From contig OX597821.1 of NCBI GenBank assembly GCA_951406725.2, forward strand, positions 70,618,001 through 70,682,000: a stretch of 64,000 bases of DNA. Reading direction: 5' to 3'. The notes beneath the pieces were generated by a model. It ran no database searches. It was not told the DNA's origin and was given only the letters and a program-made list of their open reading frames with translations. This document shows, one piece after another, positions 14,225-27,712 of this stretch; within the stretch, counting starts at the first letter, position 1, and each line of letters opens with the position of its first letter. Source of the stretch: Octopus vulgaris (lineage: Eukaryota). Position numbers and translations under genes: made by a program.

Positions 14225-17200
14225 TGTGAAGCTTTCCTCTTACCTTGTTTCAATTCCCCAGAAGACAGATTCTTTACAATTCTAGTATTACTCGTTCAGA
14301 CAAGATGTCCACTCCACCTTAAAGCACACCGGATGATAACAGCTTTAATGCCGCTCATTTGAGTCTTTTTTCCAGAACTTCGTTGTCCAGGGTATCTGTG
14401 GTCCAGTTCACATTGAGTGTATATCTCAAGCAAGCGTGCTTGAAACTGTTTGAGCATCTTTACTTGGTGTTTGTAGATCATCCAAGTTTCACAGCCACAC
14501 AATAAAGCTGCGAGTACAAAGACTGCTTTCCAGATTCCCAAAAGTTGTCGAAGCCTTCATTCTGTAAAAGATCTCCTTCTTCAAATTCACATCATCTGAC
14601 CAAATCCTTCCCAGATAATTAAAAGACTTCCCCACTTTTAAATCTTTATCTCCTGCTTATATATTTGACATCATTTATACTCTTCCAGTGCAACTGGTAA
14701 AATAACTTCGGTTTTCTTCCAATTCATTTCCAAAAAGCTTTGCATGATGCATTAAACACTCATCATATCCTTCAGATCCGCTTCTGTGTGAGTTGTGAAA
14801 CCACAATAATCTGCAGATAACAGCTCCCTAACAAAAGATTCAATCATCTTAGTGTCGTCTCCTGATGTTGAACATATTTCCCCATGGTTCTAATTCTGAT
14901 GTAGATTCCTTTGGTGTCATTTTCGAATGCTCCCATGAATACTGCTGTAAAGAGCAAATAACTTTGGTGGAAGAATACCTCCTTGCTTTACTCCTCTTTT
15001 AACAGCAAAAAGGTCAGATAAATTTCCACTAAAGCCTTCAGGTTGTTATGCAAAGGTCGTATCAGGTTTGTAAACTTGTTAGGACAACCAAACTTCTGAA
15101 ACACATTTCATAGTGTCCATCCGTTGAGTGAGTCAAATGCCTTGGTGAGATCAACACAGCATTGATACAAGTCATGAAATTGCTCAAATACAACTTACAG
15201 AAAAATCATGTCGTTAGTTTCTCTTTGTACTCTAGAACCACATTGCACTTGTAGAAGAATGTCAGTTGCCATTGTGGATCTGAATCTGTTCAGCAGAACA
15301 TTTGCGAAATCTTTGCCCACAATAGAGAGCAGTGAGATGCTGCAAATATTTCTGCACTTAGATTTTTCACCTTTCTTAAACAGGGATACCAATATGGCAT
15401 CTCACCAGTCTTCAGGTGTTAAAGTGTCCCATACATAAGGGATTCCCTCATATGGCAGGCCATTCAGCTTACCCCTTCCACGTTTCAATACCTCTGCAGG
15501 TATTCTATTCAAGCCTTTTGATTTCCCATTCTTTGTGTTTTGAATTTGTTGACTTCTTCCTGATTTGGATTTTCATCGAAACATTCCTTGAATAGCAGCT
15601 GTTCAATATCTTCTGGCACAGATTCATCAATCACTGTTATCCTGTTCAATAGCTCACTATAGTGTTCTCTCCTGTGTTTAATTTGGCTGTTTCAAGTTGT
15701 TATATCCATCCCTGGCCTTAATAAGAGCAAAAGATGACTCTTGTAGACCATACACTTCTTCAAGCAGTTGGTACGTGGTCTTAGAATTTCCAGTATCTGA
15801 TCCATTTTGAAGGACCTGAGATTTTTTTTTCCTCCCTCAAGCATTCTTGATTCTGTGCAAACACCTTTGGACCTCAACTTTCATTTTCCTTAATGCTTCC
15901 ACTGTTTTCTCTTTATTGAATGAGAATAAATTTGGAAGAAGTCGCCTTTATTGTAATCTTTGTTTTTCCTTCAGAAAGTTACAAATCCCTTTATTATTCT
16001 CATGAAACCAGTCTTGGTGTTTCTACTTTCTACTGGCCACAATTCCCTTAGATGTTCTGTCGATATTTTTCTTGAAATCTTCCCAAATATTCATCTGGTT
16101 TAAAGGTTCCGCACTGTCAATAGCTGATATCAACAAATTTTGAGTTCCTTTTGATTAGCATTTGCCTACATTTGGTTGTTTGCGTTTAATTGCTTTGCAC
16201 TAAAACTTAGAGCGTATCCTAAGCCTGAACTTAGCTCTGACAAACTGATTTATAAGACCAGAACTCAGCAACTCTCACGACTTTCATTATTTTCCTATCC
16301 TTTAGATTATGCTTTCTTGTGATGCTAAAGTCAATAACTTGCCAATGCTTTGAACGTGGGTGCATCTATGTCCCTTTCTACTTGCTTTTTTGATGCAAGA
16401 ATGTGTTGCTGATAACCAGGTGATATCCTTTGCATAAATGCAGGAGATGCAGTCTATTGCTGTCGGTTTTACCAGGACCACGTTTTCAAAGTTTCTATTC
16501 TAGCATTAAAGTTTCGCATTGGAAATATCTTGTCACTCTTTTGAATGTCAGATATCATCTTTCTCAGAACCGTAATCTATCATCCTCAGAATGTGTCCAA
16601 GTGGAAGCCGTATGCACTGACCATTGTGGCATATCTTCCTTTATCCACTGATACTCAAACACTTATCATTATTCTATCTAATATGCCAAAAGGTAATTCT
16701 TCAAGCGCCTCAACTAACTTGATCTTTATAGCTAACCCAGTATCACCCCTCTCTCTCTCTCTTTCTCTGTCTCCTCCCTTCTCTCTCTGTCTCCCTCCTC
16801 TCTCTTCTCTCTCTTCTCATCTTCTATTTTTCTCTTCCAAAACAATCTATAACTTGTGAACTGCCCTTCATTAGCAAGTCGTGTTTCCAAAGGTGCTGTA
16901 ATAACAATATCCTATCTCCTTAACACCTCTGCTAAAAGAGCAGCCTTTCTTACCTCTCCATTTTCACTTCCAGGGTCAAGTAAGGTACGAATATTCCAAC
17001 AACCAATCTTCAGATTCATGATGCCGATATATCTTCCAACCATCACCCTTTTTTTTTTTTTTTATTGCTGTTTTTCTTCTCCGTGTCTCTTTTGCCACCC
17101 TAAATGAACAGCCATCATCTGCGGCAGGCTGATCAGTTTGAAATGAGGTAAGCATTTGTTTCAAACCCCTTTTTCTAGTTTCCCTTCCACATTGTGAGTA

Positions 17201-17860
17201 AGCAGTTCTGACTTTAAGAGGATGATGAGTCTTCAAGTGCCAAGATGTTGCTCTTACTACTTCCTTTCACTTTAGAAAACGACATTATGATACACAATGG
17301 ACCTCCAATTCACAGGTTTTCAGCTGCATACTTCCAGTCTAATAAACCTGTATGGGTCACCGCTGCCCCATTGCCACTGGACTTTCAAGAAGAACAAATC
17401 ATTCTATTTATGGTAATCAATCCCTTCCAAGGTACCTTGTGCGTGGGTATATTTCGGTTGTATATATCTTGCACAGCACCCATCCACTTTTTGGATGTTA
17501 GAAGGCTTACCAACAGAGCTCAAATGCGAGACGTGACTGACATTTATAATTCTTCATGTCTTCAGAGTCTTCTCTCATATTATAGTCCTCCTCATACTCG
17601 AGCAGATGTGGTCTCCAGTCAACTATAAAGTTCCTCACCGAGAGCATGGTACTCTTTGCCATGATGCCAATCTGCTGACATATGCCTTTAGAGTTACCGC
17701 TACCCATAAAAAAGCAAGATTTGTAGTCAGGATTGAACCCCCTGCCTTTATTGTGTTCGGTTAGATACAAGACTACCTTAGGAAGGATGTGATCTTAAGA
17801 AGAATGACACCTTAGGAAGGATGAGATCACTGAGGGCCTAGGAGCCCTTCTCTTGACTTC
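14225..17860 (-). mobile_element. Near full-length but heavily decayed RTE/BovB-like LINE (APE endonuclease + RT)
   Basis: Minus-strand remnants HPRSKHWQVIDF (~16350), LFKKGEKSKCRNICSISLLSIVGK (15.3 kb), DLTKAFDS, GVKQGGILPP, LLSADYC, LLCGCETW and LRWSGHLV. The 5' boundary is uncertain. Confidence 0.85.
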
Positions 17861-18169
17861 AACACACGCGTGATACACCTAACTCTCAAAGTTCAAATAG
17901 AATGGGCATGTAAAGGATCCAGCAAACGCTCGCTTATAATTGCTTCATATAGCCCTGACTACTTTATTGAGCACTCCCCGCCAATGACTCCAGAACTCCT
18001 GATAAAACTGATGACTAAACAGCTTTTTGACTAAGCGAGGATATTAAATTGCAAAATATACAAAATATACAAGAACAAAAAGTATAAAGAATATCAAATA
18101 AATAATAAAGGGCAATATAAATGAATATAAACACATGTAAAACAAAATAAACATACACTTGGCTCAATA

Positions 18170-18374
18170 TTCTTTCCTACTCTAGGCACAAGGCCCGAAA
18201 TTTTGGGGAAGGGGGCCAGTCAATTAGATTGACCCCAGTACTTAATTTAATCGACCCCAAAAGGATGAAAGGAAAAGTCGACCTCGGCGGAATTTGAACT
18301 CAGAACGTAGCGGCAGACGAAATACCGCCAAACATTTCGCCCGCCGTGCTAACGTTTCTGCCAGCCCGCCGCCT
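18170..18374 (-). mobile_element. tRNA-derived SINE, family B
   Basis: Revcomp reads GGCGGCGGGCTGGCAGAAACGTTAG (A-box-like) ... GAGTTCAAATTCCGCCGAGGTCGAC (B-box). Homologous to the 22296 and 52046 copies. Confidence 0.9.
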
Positions 18375-19479
18375 TATACGCTCACAATATTGGATGGTCC
18401 TTGACTCTCGTGAGTTCTTTCTCCTTTCACTGGTTTTGCTTTTCGTTGGGCAGGGTGCGCAAAACTCATTCTGTTCAAGGGTTTTCAGAAAAAGAAATCA
18501 ACCAACCGAATCATACATTACAAATACAATCTGTAAGCAGAACAGTAAAAATATGCAAGACTTTTCTCAAGTTCAAAATGTGAATTTGCTTTTGTCCAGT
18601 GCATTCCAACGATGGAGCTTTGTATCTTTGCTAAAAACCAATTCCTTCCTTACAGAAATACAGCACTGTTAATAATGAAAAACAGAAAAGAACACACACG
18701 CGTGCGCGCGCATACAAACACACACACACAGTCATACATACAGAGGGAGAGAAAGAGAGAGAGGGCAATATCTAAGTTAATAGACTGGTGTGTAGACAGA
18801 TCCGTAGGTAGAGTGGACGTCAATTGGGGGAGTAAATATATTAGATATAATGGATATTGTAACATAAGACTTATTTTATAGGATAAAATCCGGAAGATAT
18901 TTTGCTTAGTAATTTACTCAACAATTTCCTTAGTCAACCGATTTTTCTCTTCAGGGCCCAAACAATCATGGCCGTATCAGTGAAATGATCAATATGATTA
19001 TGTCGTTTGTGATTCTCTTACAGTGCAGCTTCGTTTGCGATAAATGCCAGGGGTACAATTAAATCCCGTGCTAAACCGACAATTTATTGGAAGCTTCACA
19101 GATCCTGTAATTGTAATACAATTTCATGTGTGTCGTTGTGTAGTGCCAACTGATGTGTTTAACCGACTGACGAACGTTTATTAGCTGACCTACCTGTAAC
19201 CGGCTCCTTCACGTATTCTTATTCGCCTCGCAGAAGAGCGATTGGAAAGTATGAGAAGGAAGATACTTGGCTTGTAATTAAAGAGCAGTTAGAGGAAGAC
19301 AGTCAGCGAAGGAGAGGGAAATTAGTTGACTAGTAAGCAGATTCAATGGGTTAGAGATAATATACACAATATATACGAAATGATTTATACAACAGGTTTA
19401 TCCTTAGATTTTGTCCATCAAATTCTAATCCTAAGGAATTATTTTTCGGCAGGAAGGGACAAGCCCATGGCGTTTACAT

Positions 19480-19800
19480 TCCCTGCGGACCAGTGAAGTC
19501 GATTTCAAAGTGAACGTCATGAGCCTTTGAAAGTTAACACTTGCAGAAAGATACGGGAAGGGAGGAAATAGCAAAGGGAAAAATGACAAGTTGTAATGCT
19601 TATTGCTGGTTCTGGAGGGTTGAATACTGCAAGGACGATGCTAAGAGGAGGGATAAGTGGAGCAGAACTGCCTGAGGAACGAGAGAGTCTGTGGAACGGT
19701 GGCTTGCATCCAGCCAGTTCTGAGAAACAAATACCATCACAGTAGCTGTAGAAAAAGGAAGAAAGTAAAGTGAAGGAGACAGTGAGAGAGGGAGAGAGTG
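19480..19800 (-). mobile_element. Old LINE ORF2 C-terminal remnant (CR1/Jockey group)
   Basis: FFYSYCDGICFSELAGCKPP resembles the FYRY..CSS.LA.C.PP C-terminal motif of invertebrate LINEs. Recalled similarity only. Confidence 0.45.
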
Positions 19801-20112
19801 ATGAGAGAGAGGGCACATCTGTGGGTCAAAAGCTGGGGTGTGTCTGTGAGTGAATTTATACCAATTAGTGAGGGATGGGGGTTTCTTATTTTTTGATACA
19901 ACTAGGATGTCTACATGTGCAGCTGCAGTGCCCGCATCTCAGATGTGAGAGAAGAGCTTTGTAGATTGTTCAACCCGAAGTTATATTAAAAGTAATCTGT
20001 GGTATTGAACACGGAACTACGGGCCCGTGAAGTAAACATTTTAACAATACAGTTGTGCCTGCGCCTATGTAGATACACATACGCACATGCACACAAACAC
20101 ACACACACACAC

Positions 20113-20153
<41 letters not shown>

Positions 20154-20194
20154 GCACGCACGCACATACACACACACACACACATACGCACGCA

Positions 20195-20271
<77 letters not shown>

Positions 20272-20372
20272 CGGTAATAATGAAGGGTGAAATTAATTAA
20301 TTTGGAATAATTATCAATTACACCAAGTAGTCTTCGGTATGTAAAAGCCTCATTCGAGGAAACCCTTTATTG

Positions 20373-20415
<43 letters not shown>

Positions 20416-20418
<3 letters not shown>

Positions 20419-21726
20419 GGCTTGGACAAAATAATGGAAACACCTAGCATCATAGCATCATAATTTTGAAATGCCTATAAAACCATCAAAAGCTTGTTTA
20501 TTTTAATATTTTTTATTTATTATTAGTGCTGCTTAATATGTTTTGCTAAAATTTCTGTTTCTTTTCAGATATCATCAGAAAAAGGTAATTAAAATTCATT
20601 AAAATTGCAGATCTATCGGCTTTCGAAAATGAATAATTGTTGGTGCTCGTATAGCAGGCGCTATCGTAATGAAAACAGCCGAAATGTTTGGTGTATCAAG
20701 AAGTACTCTCTCAAAAGTAATGTTTGGTGTATCAAGAAGTACTGTATCAAAAGTAATGACAGCCTTTGAGAAAGAGGGAAAAACCTCCTCGTCGAAACGA
20801 AACTCCAGAAAAAAACCAAAACTTTCAGAACGTCGGACTCTTACGCGAATTATTAGAAAGGATCACAAAAGTAAGGATAACAAAATTACTGCAGAGCTTA
20901 ATGACCACCTCAAGAACCCAGTTTCCACAAAAACTGTTCGCCGGGAGCTGCACAAAGCCGGATTTCACCGGAGAGCTGCAATCAGAAAACCACTCCTTTC
21001 AAAAGACAAATGTTACAGAACGTTCAGAGTGGAGTAAAAACCTACAGAATTGGTCCCTAGAGCAGTGGAAGAATGTTATTTTCTCGGACGAGTCATCCTT
21101 TATCTTATTTCTGACCACCGGCCGAGTATACATCTGGAGACAGCCAAAAGAAGCATTTGACCGAGACTGACTTCTTCCAACGGTTAAACATGAAGAAAGA
21201 TCTGTGATGATCTGGGTGGTGGTGGCTATATCTTGGAAATCCGCCGGTCCAATGGTTTCCCTTCATGGCAGAATTCATAGTCAAGACTATTTAAGAATTT
21301 TATCGTATCAAATACATCCTATGGTTGCGGAACTGTTTCCGGAAGGAAACACAACCTTTCAGGATGATAATGCACCAATTCGCACAGCTAAAGTTGTTAC
21401 TGAATGGCACGAGGAACATTCTAGTGAAGTTGAAGATCTTATCTGGCCACCGCAGTCACCAGATCTCAATATTATTGAACATTTATGGTGCATTTTAGAA
21501 AAATAAGTAAGGTGTCGATATCCTCCACCATCATCATTACTACAAGAACTGGAGACTGTTTTAGCTGAACAATAGACAAAAATTAATTTGGAAACAATTG
21601 AAACTTTGTACGAGTCCATGCCTCGTAGAATTCAAACTGTAATTACTGCCAAAGGCGGTCCTACCCCATGTTAAAATAAATCTGTCTGAAATTTTAAGGG
21701 GTTTCCATTATTTTGTTCAACCCATG
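20416..21726 (+). mobile_element. Full-length Tc1-type DNA transposon with disrupted DD36E transposase (Incomer-like)
   Basis: Left TIR CAGGGCTTGGACAAAATAATGGAAACACCT; right (revcomp) CATGGGTTGAACAAAATAATGGAAACCCCT; TA on both flanks; 1311 bp. Confidence 0.95.
20605..21675 (+). pseudogene. Tc1-family transposase pseudogene (frameshift near 21000, stops at 21168 and 21504)
   Basis: HTH region (FGVSRSTVSKV), IRKPLL, WKNVIFSDES, FQDDNAP, WPPQSPDLNIIEHLW, SMPRRIQTVITAKGGPT. Confidence 0.92.
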
Positions 21727-22295
21727 TATATATACTCATAGACATATACACTTTCATATTTACAAATCCCGAGAACAGTCTTGACCGCCATAAAAGACCC
21801 TATCACTCACTTTGTTAGTAACTGGTTTGAATTCTGCGAACAACTTAAACTTCAAAGAAAAGCGGACATACACGCATGAATTCATTTCTGCAGTAAGAAT
21901 GAATTAATGCTTGCAGCAGAAATCTGTAAACCTGTGGCTTGTTTAAACATTATTCATAAACTCTATACAAATATAATGACTTATTTATTCTCAATGCTAA
22001 TCGCTGTTGTGTTTCGTCACTGGGAAACAACTACTCACAAATGAATGTGTGTTCATAACACCCTCGATTCCTTAGTGTCAGGGGACTTTGGAGCACCCGC
22101 TATTTCACATCAAAAATTTATTTGCTGACCTGTGGTATTTGCGAATCGATAGCAAATCGTCATATGAATGGTGACCAGCGAGAATAAAATCGGTGACTAT
22201 TATATTCATTCTGAGTGGATTTCATCAGATTCGAACGTGTGTCTCCCAGACTCCTTTTACACTAATGGATCAATTATTCTTTTAGAACGGCAACA

Positions 22296-22478
22296 AGGCG
22301 GCGAGCTGGCAGAATCATTAGCACGCAGGACGAAATGCTTAGCAGTAGTTCGTCTACCGCTACGTTCTGAATTCAAATTCCGCCAAGGTCGACTTTGCCT
22401 TTCATCCTTTCGGAGTCGATATAATCGACTGGCCCCTACCCCAAATTTCAGGCCTTGTGTCTAGAGTAGGAAGGATTA
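22296..22478 (+). mobile_element. tRNA-derived SINE, family B
   Basis: GGCGGCGAGCTGGCAGAATCATTAGCACG...GAATTCAAATTCCGCCAAGGTCGACTTTGCCTTTCATCC. Confidence 0.88.
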
Positions 22479-22541
22479 TTTTAGATCGGGAACAGCTGGC
22501 ACCTCATCTGGTTATTCGAATTTTAAGTGTCCGAAACTCCG

Positions 22542-22575
<34 letters not shown>

Positions 22576-22612
22576 CGCTGCTATTATGCATATCTATCTA
22601 TCTATCTATCTA

Positions 22613-22670
<58 letters not shown>

Positions 22671-22952
22671 TATCGTTGCTATTATACAAAAGTGTCGTAA
22701 GTCCAAAACATTGCTTTTTTCAGAAAACGAAAAAATAGTTTCTCTATTCCATAGCAAAACAGTTGTACTACACTTTGACAATTTTTGATATCTTGGCATC
22801 TGAAGCAACAGGAGGTACGACAGTTTGACCAAAAGAACCGGCTATTGCCAGCAAAAATAAATATTGAAGAAAAACCGCATTTGGCCAGATTTGGACATAC
22901 GACATCCGTTCATATACATACATATGCGCATGAATATATGTATCTATCATTT

Positions 22953-23362
22953 TTTTGTTTCAGTCATTAGACTACGGCCATGCGGGGGCACCGTCTTGAA
23001 GAGATTTTGGTCGAATGAATCGATCCCCGTACTTACGCTATCAGTTTCTTTTGCTGAACATCTAAGTCACGGGGATGTAAAAAAACCAACATCGGTTGTC
23101 AAGCGGTGGTGTGGTCTAAAAACAGACACAAAAACACACGCACGCATTATTACATACATTCATACAGACATACATACATACATACATACATACATACATA
23201 CATACATTCATACATACATACATTCATACATACATACATACATGCATACATGCATACATACATACATACATTCATACATACATACATGCATGCATACATG
23301 CATTCATACATACATACATACATTCATACATACATTCATACATACATACATACATACATACA

Positions 23363-23398
<36 letters not shown>

Positions 23399-23568
23399 TA
23401 TATATACATATGTATATGTATGACGGGCTTCTTTCAGTCTCCGTCTATGAAATCTACTCACAAATCTTTGGTCGGTCTGCTGCTGTAGTAGAAGACACTT
23501 CTCCAAGGTGCTACGCGGTGGGACTGAACCCGGAACCATGTGTTTGAGAGTAAGCTTCTCCCACACAC
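22953..23568 (-). mobile_element. SINE family A with expanded internal (TACA)n tract
   Basis: Head at 23420-23568 (revcomp GGTTCCGGGTTCAGTCCCAC), tail at 22953-23000 with the GTC-TAAT-GAC stem-loop. Confidence 0.85.
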
Positions 23569-24372
23569 ACGTACGCGCACGCACACGCACACACACGAAG
23601 CTGGGGTTTTTTTTTGGGGGGGGGGGGGTTAAGACAAATTAATAAGAGAACTCTAGGGAAAGCGAAGAATACTTTTCTCGGATTCGAAAAAGTTTTCGAA
23701 TTTGGAAACGAAAGTGACGAAGAGTTTGCGACTAAACCATGGCCGAGTCTGAGACAATAAATGTCATTCTAACTAATTGCAGTGGACATTGAGGTGATGG
23801 AATTGGAGTAATATGTCCGGAAACCAAACAGAAATGGTTACATTTTGGAACGGGGCAAAATAAATAGTATAGCGGTAGAAACATGTTTAAAGGTGAGGGA
23901 ACAAAGTCGGAAGGAAGGAAGAAGGAAAGAAAGAAGAAAGAACGGAAGGAAAAAAGAAAGTAAGAAAGAAAAGAAAGAAAGACAGCGAGGAAACAAAAAT
24001 AAAGACAGAAAGAACTAAAGCAAAAAAAAAAAAATAAACGTTAGAAAGAGGTAAAGTAGAAAATTGAAAATTGACAAAACTGGAGACAATTATTAAAAGA
24101 TAATAATTAGAAAGAAAATAGGGGAAAAGACAGCGAGAATGAGGTAATGAATGAAAGAGGAAAAGTGAAAGAAAGAGATGAAACTAGGAAGAAAGAATGA
24201 AAAAAGAAAGACATAGAAAAACTGATAAAAGAAAGAAACCGACAGAATATAGAAAGAAAATGTGCGATACAAAAAATGTTTAAATTAAAACTGAATATAA
24301 AAGAATGAAATGGAAAGAGAAGATATAAAAGGTGAAAGAGTAAAAGAGGAACAGAAAGCAGAAAGAGGATCG

Positions 24373-24440
<68 letters not shown>

Positions 24441-25565
24441 GAGAAAGGGAAGAAGAAAACGATCAAAGAAATCCTGTGATAAAAATCTAAAAACCAAGAT
24501 TAGTTTGAAGAGAATAGGATTTGAAGGGAAGCCAATGGTTTTTGATTGTTTTAACACGAGTTACAAGCTGCTGTTTTGATTGATCAAATATTTGGCGATG
24601 TCATCCAACATGGAGTTGATGCTTTTTTTTCTTTTCTTCTTTTTTTTCGCATACATAGAAAAAAAATGAATAAATACAAACCTGATAAACAATATAAAAA
24701 AATTTCTCCTTGCAGCGTTCACTTCACTGCATTCTTCGACCATCCCTGTATACACACATGTAACATACACACGCACTAATAGATGGACACACATATACAC
24801 GCAAACACAGACGGACACACACACTCACACACACATGCACAAACACACTCACACACACATAGACGGACACACTCACACACGCAAACACAGACGGACACAG
24901 ACACTCACACACACACAAACACACTCACACACGCATACACAAACACACTCATACACACATATAGACGGACACAGTTTTGCCAAACTTGTTATTTTTATAT
25001 ATTTTATTTTGTTAATGAAAAGGTATTACGTCACGTCCCGATCTCGTGGTGAGAACCGGAAAGGATGAGGAAGAAGGGGAAGTAACTGAGATGCGGGGAA
25101 AATTGGAAACAGAAAAATGTAGGAAAAAGAAAGCAACATCGGTCATTTTGAAATTTGGAAAGAAAAAGAAAACCGAGCACACGAATACATTCGCAGAAAA
25201 CCATTCATACACATATTGACACACACACACACACAAACACATACACACTTCCTCCAGACACAGTCACGCGCGCATAGTGATGTTAGCAGAAGGAATAATG
25301 GTGCGAGGCTTGCTTCCGTACCGAACAATTTACACAATTTGGAGGGGTTTAAGTGAAAACTGGTATTCGATTTTAAGAAAAGATTTTAATTAGTGGACTT
25401 TTAGTTAATTATACACACACACACACACACACACACACATCCTTCCATAGTGTTGGTGGTGGTTGACAACTGGAAGTGGATGGCACGGTGTAAGATTCCT
25501 CTTTGAGAAGCTGAAATGAATTCTTGCACCTCCGCGTTTCTTTTTCCTTTATATATTCTTCATCG

Positions 25566-25644
<79 letters not shown>

Positions 25645-25647
<3 letters not shown>

Positions 25648-25933
25648 TGGCAGACTAGGTTTAAAAATAATGGTTGCCAGGAGACTAAGTGGGCCCACCG
25701 CAACTACAATACTATAATATTTTTGGGGGGTTTGTTAAAAGTATTCTTTTCAACTGTGTATAAATACAGCCAGGCTGAAATAATTAATGCACTCTTCCAG
25801 GAGAGAATAAAAAATTCTCAAACTTGAGGGGATGGGCTCCTTAGATACTAATATGGGTGACCATATTTGGATTCTAATGTGCAGGGGCCCACTTGCCATC
25901 GGGCAAGCTGGCAACATGGCCAGTCCGCCACTG
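25645..25933. mobile_element. MITE with CAGTGGC terminal inverted repeats (hAT-like)
   Basis: Left CAGTGGCAGACTAG, right (revcomp) CAGTGGCGGACTGG. Inserted at the end of (TA)n, so the TSD is ambiguous. Confidence 0.75.
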
Positions 25934-26006
25934 TATATGCATATACGTACTTATCTACCGTATATGCATGTATCTACGCATACTTGTATGAATATATTCA
26001 GATGCA

Positions 26007-26044
<38 letters not shown>

Positions 26045-26358
26045 CGAGTGTGTGTGTATGTGTGTGCGTGCGAGTGTATGTGAGTGTGTGCGTGCGAGTG
26101 TATGTGTGTGTGTGCGCGTGTTGATACTTTTTATGGCAAGTTATATAAAATGAGCTGAAAGCTAAAATTAACGACCACACAACTTTTTATAATGTACAAT
26201 AGTTATTAAGTTTTATTTTACAAGTAGATATTTGAAAGTGACTTCGAAGCTTCGGTTTGCTAGCTGATGACAGATAGGAAGTCGAAACTTTGAAGTCACA
26301 CTACTTCTTCCGTGTAAAAGTTATAAAAATGTCACTCTCTCCGTCACTCTGTAGGTAA

Positions 26359-26447
<89 letters not shown>

Positions 26448-26481
26448 CAGATAGATAGATAAATAGATAGATAGACAGATA

Positions 26482-26800
26482 GCCGCAGGCGTGTGTGTGT
26501 AGTATCAAGCTTGTTTGCCAACCATGTGTTTTCGAGTTCAGTCTCACAGCATGGCTCCTTGGCCAAGAGTAATCTACTATAGTCTCGGGCCGATTAAAGC
26601 CTTGTGAGTGGATTTGGTAGACAGAAAGTAAATGAAGACCGTCATGTGTGTGTGTGTGTTTGTCTGTGTTTGTCTGTGTTTGCTCCCACTACCATCACTT
26701 GACAACCGTTGTTAGTGTGTTTACGTCCCTGTAACTTAATGGTTCAGCAAAAGAGACCGATAGCGTATCAGTCTTTAAAAAAATAAGAACCGGGGAAGTT
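26482..26800 (+). mobile_element. SINE family A, degenerate, 3' tail missing
   Basis: GAGTTCAGTCTCAC...GCCTTGTGAGTGGATTTGGTAGACAGAAA matches the 38723 copy. Confidence 0.8.
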
Positions 26801-27657
26801 TGAGTTTCCCAGCAATAGAGTTTTCTTTCGCGGTTTTTTTCCTTCTCCAGGTTATTTTGCATGGTCTGTAGCAGTTGGCTGGCAATTTTCATTGTCGGCG
26901 CTATTTACCTTAGCTTGACGGATCTTGTTATCCTGTAGTAGTGATTCAATATCATCTGCGGGAAAAGTTAACTGGAATAAATTTAGCCCCCTATCCAGAA
27001 GGAGAATTGCGTCTCAACTATTCAACATAAAGGCTAGAAATAAAAGCAATTTCAGAGCCCTGTAGCGATTCTTATAGCATCATCTACCCCCCACCAGCTC
27101 CTCGACAGTGCTTACCACCACGTGATGTCTACTTTATATTCAACCAGACACTCACATGTCCCTATGCATCGCTGGTCACATTTCTCTGCATTACGCCCTT
27201 CTCATTCATAAACGAAATTTACCGAACTTTTCGACTATATCATCTTTCCATCGTCTGCGCGGGAAAGCCTTCCGAATTGTCTCTTCGGAACCTTGGAAGC
27301 TTTGTAAAATGTCCGGATCAGTGGAGATTCTACTGTTAGTATTTCGCGATTACATCGTCTACTACAATCTTTTTCCTTAATTACCTCTTAGTATGGATAC
27401 CGGTATGTTGTTCTTCCTTCTTTGCAGTAGTCCACGTCTCACTTGCGCATAAAAGCGCAAGAAGGACGATGCAGTTGAAAAGACAGGCATTTAAGATCCT
27501 ATGCCACTGTGCTTTAAGCACATCTTGAATCTAAGCAAATGCTCTCATCTTGTTTTTATCCGACACCAGATTTCAGCATTCTTATCTCCTTATGTATTTT
27601 CTGTTGACCTCAGGTAGACGTAAACCATTAACCCCTCAAATAGATAGGTAGATATTT

Positions 27658-27712
<55 letters not shown>

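Noticed and set aside
18941-19065. Possible host exon after a TTTTTCTCTTCAG acceptor
   Set aside because: No convincing donor, no recognisable peptide and no partner exons.
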